Source: an uncultured archaeon (GTDB lineage Archaea > Asgardarchaeota > Thorarchaeia > Thorarchaeales > Thorarchaeaceae). From it: a DNA stretch of 30,963 nt. The notes under the pieces were generated by a model. It did no database searches and was not told where the DNA came from. It saw nothing but the letters and a program-made list of their open reading frames with translations. The translations under genes and the position numbers were made by a program. This document shows positions 26,268 through 30,963 of the stretch, piece by piece. The DNA lies in NCBI GenBank assembly GCA_964458565.1, contig CAYWJO010000043.1, positions 1-30,963 on the forward strand, given 5' to 3'. Numbering within the stretch: position 1 is the stretch's first letter; every line of letters starts with the position of its first letter.

Positions 26268-28616
26268 CTAAGAACCTTTTCGTTTTCGCATGAATATTAT
26301 GACCACTAGAAGGACAATACCTGCACCAACTACAACAGCTATGAGTAGAAGTGTATTGTCAGAAGGTGGTTCAGATGTTGATGAAGTAGTTGTTGATGTG
26401 TTAATTGACGTACTGATGCTTGTTGATGTACTGATTGTCGTAGATGGTTCGACGGTATAGGAGAAATATTCTCCACCATCAAGCACTTCAGTCATTTTTC
26501 CTGCAATATCTTCAGCTGTGATGAAATACTCCACAAAATCAACAGATGCCTGAGCAGGTATAGTTCCTGAGTAGATATTTCCATATATCAGATTCATTGT
26601 GACATTATACCATTCACCAGAGTTGACTCTATAATGGAGTGTTACATTAACTTGGCTCGAATCAATAACAGTAGCTGTAACTGTGACAGATTCAGAATAT
26701 TCTGGCATCAATGGAGAATGTTGAATATTTTCAATCTCTGGAGCTACATCATTGTAGAGATAGACATCATCGAGAAGGAAACTGATTCTACCTCCGCTTT
26801 TCGATACAACATCAATTGATATACTAGCTAACTTCGTATCAGGCATGTCACCATAGATGGTTTTCATATCCTCATACAAATTTCTATGGAGGTTAAACCA
26901 CACTCCCGTTTGATTGATGTTAGGGAGCAGGAAAAATCGGTCATCAAAACCATCCGCAGTTGTAGCTTCGCTACCATTTGCAAAAATGTATGCGTATGGA
27001 TATTCTGAATCGGGATAAATCTCAATGTACACAATCTCATTATCTAGACCTGTAAAGTCTTCTAATCTCCAGTTAAGATATAGAAATGTTTCAGTCTGGA
27101 TATTGATTGGTCGATATTCGAAATCAACTTCATACTGAACTGAGTCACCATCAGATACAGTAATATTCGCTGCTTTGGTACCATTGAGCGCTAAGTCAGT
27201 TACGACCATCTCGGGAGTACCATCGTAATCATCTAAATTCCAAGCACTGATTGGCTCACCAACATCACCTTGGTCTTCATAACCCATGTCATTTAATGCT
27301 GGCAACGAGAGAACGAAATCGTCCAAGAGAATTTCTGATCTGATACCTTTTCCATGTCCCAAAAACTCAAACTCAATTTCTATTATTATAAAGTCATCAG
27401 TTTGATTGAAAGAGGCGATGTCTGAGAAAACACTCCTTTCGAAATAATTCCATTGACCCAGCGTATTGAAGTCTGTAGCATTGATGAAATGATAATTACC
27501 ATCAGGTGTCCATGGGTATGAGCCTTCAAAATAGAGGAAATACACAACTCCAAATTCAGAACCACTTGAATTTCTTCCATTAATGTATATGTAACCATAA
27601 CTAGTACCAGTGAGTACTTGCCATTCATCAAGCTTCCACCTAAAGCTGAGAGTATCTGGATTCAATGCAGAAGCCCTTCTCTCTGGATTAGTTGTCCAAT
27701 ACGCCTTACTCTCATTACCATTAGAGATTGTAGTTGCATTTAGTGACCATAACCCTTCAATTCGGTCTGTGCACTGAGAGATGTCTGCTGGGTCAGAATG
27801 ACTCCTTGTCCAACTTCCGCTTTCAAAATCACCATATAAACTCAGAACACTGTTGTTAGTCATAATTAAATTGTCAGCAAAGGTTCTGGAATAAGATTGG
27901 GTTTTACTCGTCAAACTCAACTCTACGCGTCTAATAGCATCCGGTTCGGTTGAATAAACCTCAATCCAATCAGCTGTAACGTTCCTTGAAAATGTGTTCC
28001 AACTTTTAGCTGGTCCATCAATTTTGAAAAATCCTCGATAGCTTGTATTCGTAAGGCTTGTATCCCAGCTACCCAGGTAATAGACCAACCTTTTGGTGAA
28101 TTGGGATATCATACCCTGTGGATATACTATGAAGCAGAATGCGTCATTATCAATTGAGGATGGCAACTCATCTATGTACCAATCGAGTTGAAATGTGAGA
28201 TTCAACATGTTGTTCCATCCAGATGGATATGTATATGCGAAACTAGTTGCTTCATGATTCGGATCTAATGCCTTTGCTTGCAGCCCCATTGACCGTAAAC
28301 CTTCATTCACAGGCCAAGGTGAAGTTGCATACCATGCCCATTCTTCTTGAGTTCTATCACCATAATAACCTGGAAGATATGCCGGTGTATGAGGATCATT
28401 CCATAACTCAAAACCAGGATTTTCAAAGTGGTTCATCTTCCATTCAACACGATCCAAATCCAATCCAGCTTGAGTAAAATTCGGTCGTTCAATTGATAGG
28501 TTGTTAATTTCCTGACTATTTCGATTAACATCAATTACAGTGCTAGTCAATGCCACAATATTAACCAGCATCGTAAGAATTAGTGCTAAGGCTAAACCCA
28601 TTCTAACCTTTTTCAT
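26268..28616 (-). CDS. Secreted, membrane-anchored surface glycoprotein: three CBM/jelly-roll-like repeats plus an Ig-like domain
   Basis: Signal peptide; repeats WNTFSRNV / WNYFERSV / WFNLHRNL, each ending in FADNL / LLDDF / LLDDV; Ig-like HSP...VTVTATVID...YSGTIPAQ...VEYFITAED; S/T linker; TM helix plus basic tail; many N-x-S/T sequons. Confidence 0.8.
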   Translation of the reverse strand: MKKVRMGLALALILTMLVNIVALTSTVIDVNRNSQEINNLSIERPNFTQAGLDLDRVEWKMNHFENPGFELWNDPHTPAYLPGYYGDRTQEEWAWYATSPWPVNEGLRSMGLQAKALDPNHEATSFAYTYPSGWNNMLNLTFQLDWYIDELPSSIDNDAFCFIVYPQGMISQFTKRLVYYLGSWDTSLTNTSYRGFFKIDGPAKSWNTFSRNVTADWIEVYSTEPDAIRRVELSLTSKTQSYSRTFADNLIMTNNSVLSLYGDFESGSWTRSHSDPADISQCTDRIEGLWSLNATTISNGNESKAYWTTNPERRASALNPDTLSFRWKLDEWQVLTGTSYGYIYINGRNSSGSEFGVVYFLYFEGSYPWTPDGNYHFINATDFNTLGQWNYFERSVFSDIASFNQTDDFIIIEIEFEFLGHGKGIRSEILLDDFVLSLPALNDMGYEDQGDVGEPISAWNLDDYDGTPEMVVTDLALNGTKAANITVSDGDSVQYEVDFEYRPINIQTETFLYLNWRLEDFTGLDNEIVYIEIYPDSEYPYAYIFANGSEATTADGFDDRFFLLPNINQTGVWFNLHRNLYEDMKTIYGDMPDTKLASISIDVVSKSGGRISFLLDDVYLYNDVAPEIENIQHSPLMPEYSESVTVTATVIDSSQVNVTLHYRVNSGEWYNVTMNLIYGNIYSGTIPAQASVDFVEYFITAEDIAGKMTEVLDGGEYFSYTVEPSTTISTSTSISTSINTSTTTSSTSEPPSDNTLLLIAVVVGAGIVLLVVIIFMRKRKGS

Positions 28617-28682
28617 AATGACTCACTAAATCCACGACTATACAAATCCACTTATGGTTTTCCTTAGTTAGATTTGCTTTCA

Positions 28683-30963
28683 CTAATGCTCTCGTCGTCG
28701 AAGCTCATCTCGAATCTCTCTTAATTCTAGAAGAGCATCAAATGGCGTCATTCGTTCTAGATCCATATGCTTCAAACGCTCGAGTATTGGGTCATCAATG
28801 GTGAGAAGCTCAAGACTTGTCTGAACAACATCCTCACTAATTCTATCATTCTCATTAATGGGCACCGAGCTTTCTCTCTCAAGTTTGAGGAGTAGTTGCT
28901 TTGCTCTCAAAACTACTTCTTCTGGAATTCCTGCTAGTGCAGCTACTTGCACACCATAGCTCTTGTCAGTGCCACCCTCTACAACTTTATGAAGGAACAC
29001 TATTGAATCTCCTACTTCTTTGGCTAGAGTGTGTACATTCTTCACTCCATGGTGAGTTGATGCCATCTCAGTAAGATGATGGAAGTGTGTAGCAAATAAA
29101 GCGCGAGTTCTCATCATAGCAATTCGTTCTGCGACAGCCCAAGCTAGCGCCATGCCATCATATGTAGAAGTTCCCCTTCCAATTTCATCTAGTATAACTA
29201 GGCTTCTTTCAGTGGCATTGTTTAGAATATTAGCTGTTTCCAGCATCTCAACCATGAAGGTCGATTGCCTAGCTGTAAGATCATCAAATGCACCTACTCT
29301 TGTGAATATCCGATCAACTATTCCAATCTCAGCGCTTCGTGCAGGTACAAATGAGCCCATCTGGGCCATGAGTACAATTAGTGCTGCTTGTCGCATGTAC
29401 GTACTCTTTCCTGCCATATTTGGTCCTGTTACAATGAGAAGTGTTGTATCTCCATCACCAATCTCTAGATCATTAGGAACAAACTCCCGGGGTCCGAGAA
29501 TCATTTCCATAGAGGGGTGACGACCCTCAACAATTCGTATTTTTGTAGTATCAGTTAGTATTGGTTTTCGATACGACCTCTTTACAGCTACATCAGCAAG
29601 ACTAACCAAAACATCGACGGCAGCAATCGCTGAAGCATTTGTTCTAAGGGTTTCAACCACATCGCTCAGCATAGCTCTGAGTCTTTCATAGATCTCAAAT
29701 TCGACCTTATTGATTCGCTCCTCTCCTGCTAGGACTGTCGCTTCTTTTTCCTTCAAATCAGGTGTGATGAATCGTTCTGCATTTGTTAGAGTCTGTTTCC
29801 TTTCGTAATCGTCTGGCACTAAGTGGAGGTTTGCTTTCGTAACTTCAATGTAATATCCGAAGACTTTGTTATATCCAACGCGTAATGATTTGATTCCGGA
29901 TCGATTTCTCTCTCTGACTTGAAGTGACGCAATCCATTTTTTATCTACGGCGATAGATGATTTGAGCTTGTCGAGTTCATCGTCAAATCCATCACGTATC
30001 ATACCTCCATCATGAACAGAAACAGGGGGGTCATTAAGAATAGCATTATTCAGAGTTTTAGCTAAGTCGTTTAAAGGGTTCATTGAATTCCCTGATCCAA
30101 TCAATAGCTCTGATTTGCATGTCTTGAGAGATGATTTGATGTCGGGGAGTTTCGATAATGTGGTCCTAAGGGCAATAAGGTCTCTTGCATTTGAAGTCCC
30201 AAAGACAATCCTACTAGTCGTTCTCTCTAAATCCCCAAGATTCTTGAGTGCTTTTGCAATCTCCTGTCGTGCAATAGCTGTCCTCGCTAATTCATCTACT
30301 GCATCAAGTCGATGGTTTATTTTCTTGATTTCCATCAGTGGTTGGAGAATCCATCTCTTCAATAGACGTTTTCCCATTGGGGTTTCAGTATTTGATAATA
30401 CAGAGAGCAAAGTCCCTCTCATCGATCCGTCTCTGGCATTTTTAACAAGCTCTAGATTTCTCTGAGTCGTATTATCTACTACCATATGTGTACCCAATGT
30501 ATAAGTCCGTAATGAAGATACATTCACAGTTCCCGTTTTATGAACGTCATAAAGATATGTAAGAATCGCTCCAACTGCGCCAACAGCGACTCTTTTCTCA
30601 GAGAGGCCAAACCCTTCTAGAGATGTGACTTTAAATTGCTCCTTTATTCGCTGTTCAGCTGCACGGGACGAAAAATCCAGTTCATTTCTAAATGTGATAT
30701 GAATCCCCATACGTCCAATTTCTGAACAGACCTCCATTCTTTTCGAACAAGGTTCAGGTAGCAGAACTTCTGATGGTTTCAGTCGGCTTAACTCATTGAA
30801 AGTCTTTTCTTCATTCAGCTTCCCTTCAAATTCTGTAGCGATGAACTCGCCCGTAGAGATATCAATAACTGATATCCCAACTTTCCCTTCGTGCTCAACA
30901 AGTGCTACTAGGTAGTTATTTGTTTCCTCCGTAAGCATAGAAGATTCAAGCACGGTACCGGGT
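28683..30963 (-). CDS. mutS: DNA mismatch repair protein MutS (MutS1); 5'-truncated by window edge
   Basis: PGTV at the window edge, TPMGKRLLK, GYNKVFGYYIEVT, TGPNMAGKSTYMRQ, STFMVEM, DEIGRGTST, FATHFH, SYGVQVA. Confidence 0.97.
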   Translation of the reverse strand, partial: PGTVLESSMLTEETNNYLVALVEHEGKVGISVIDISTGEFIATEFEGKLNEEKTFNELSRLKPSEVLLPEPCSKRMEVCSEIGRMGIHITFRNELDFSSRAAEQRIKEQFKVTSLEGFGLSEKRVAVGAVGAILTYLYDVHKTGTVNVSSLRTYTLGTHMVVDNTTQRNLELVKNARDGSMRGTLLSVLSNTETPMGKRLLKRWILQPLMEIKKINHRLDAVDELARTAIARQEIAKALKNLGDLERTTSRIVFGTSNARDLIALRTTLSKLPDIKSSLKTCKSELLIGSGNSMNPLNDLAKTLNNAILNDPPVSVHDGGMIRDGFDDELDKLKSSIAVDKKWIASLQVRERNRSGIKSLRVGYNKVFGYYIEVTKANLHLVPDDYERKQTLTNAERFITPDLKEKEATVLAGEERINKVEFEIYERLRAMLSDVVETLRTNASAIAAVDVLVSLADVAVKRSYRKPILTDTTKIRIVEGRHPSMEMILGPREFVPNDLEIGDGDTTLLIVTGPNMAGKSTYMRQAALIVLMAQMGSFVPARSAEIGIVDRIFTRVGAFDDLTARQSTFMVEMLETANILNNATERSLVILDEIGRGTSTYDGMALAWAVAERIAMMRTRALFATHFHHLTEMASTHHGVKNVHTLAKEVGDSIVFLHKVVEGGTDKSYGVQVAALAGIPEEVVLRAKQLLLKLERESSVPINENDRISEDVVQTSLELLTIDDPILERLKHMDLERMTPFDALLELREIRDELRRREH

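Noticed and set aside
5761-30465. Numerous 60-137 aa antisense and alternate-frame ORFs inside long genes
   Set aside because: They are shadow ORFs of well-supported genes and show no recognisable motifs.

Overview
Archaeal chromosomal segment. Archaeal-type TATA boxes, GGTGA/GGAGG ribosome-binding sites and C-terminally membrane-anchored S/T-linker glycoproteins suggest an Asgard/Thorarchaeia-like host, which is inference only. A minus-strand housekeeping backbone (mutS, rpe, transaldolase, YtcJ-type amidohydrolase, mutL) surrounds a ~14 kb divergently transcribed acyl-CoA cluster next to a PadR regulator. Left arm (minus): acyl-CoA ligase, KAS III/FabH-like enzyme, MaoC hydratase. Right arm (plus): LivG/F/H/M ABC transporter, alpha/beta hydrolase, second KAS III-like enzyme, second acyl-CoA ligase, second hydrolase, membrane-anchored substrate-binding protein. 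Both KAS III-like proteins keep the catalytic Cys but lack the canonical His/Asn decarboxylation pair, and no ACP, FabD or ketoreductase is in the cluster. This suggests an uncharacterised ACP-independent import, activate and condense/transfer pathway. Also seen: a giant SpoIIM-domain membrane protein, a GT8-like protein without DxD, a flavin-reductase/PCP_red fusion that appears to start at ATA, an unannotated 58-aa signal-peptide ORF, a gene split by one in-frame TAA, a three-repeat surface glycoprotein, and several operator-like palindromes and terminator hairpins. No rRNA, tRNA, CRISPR array or transposase was detected.
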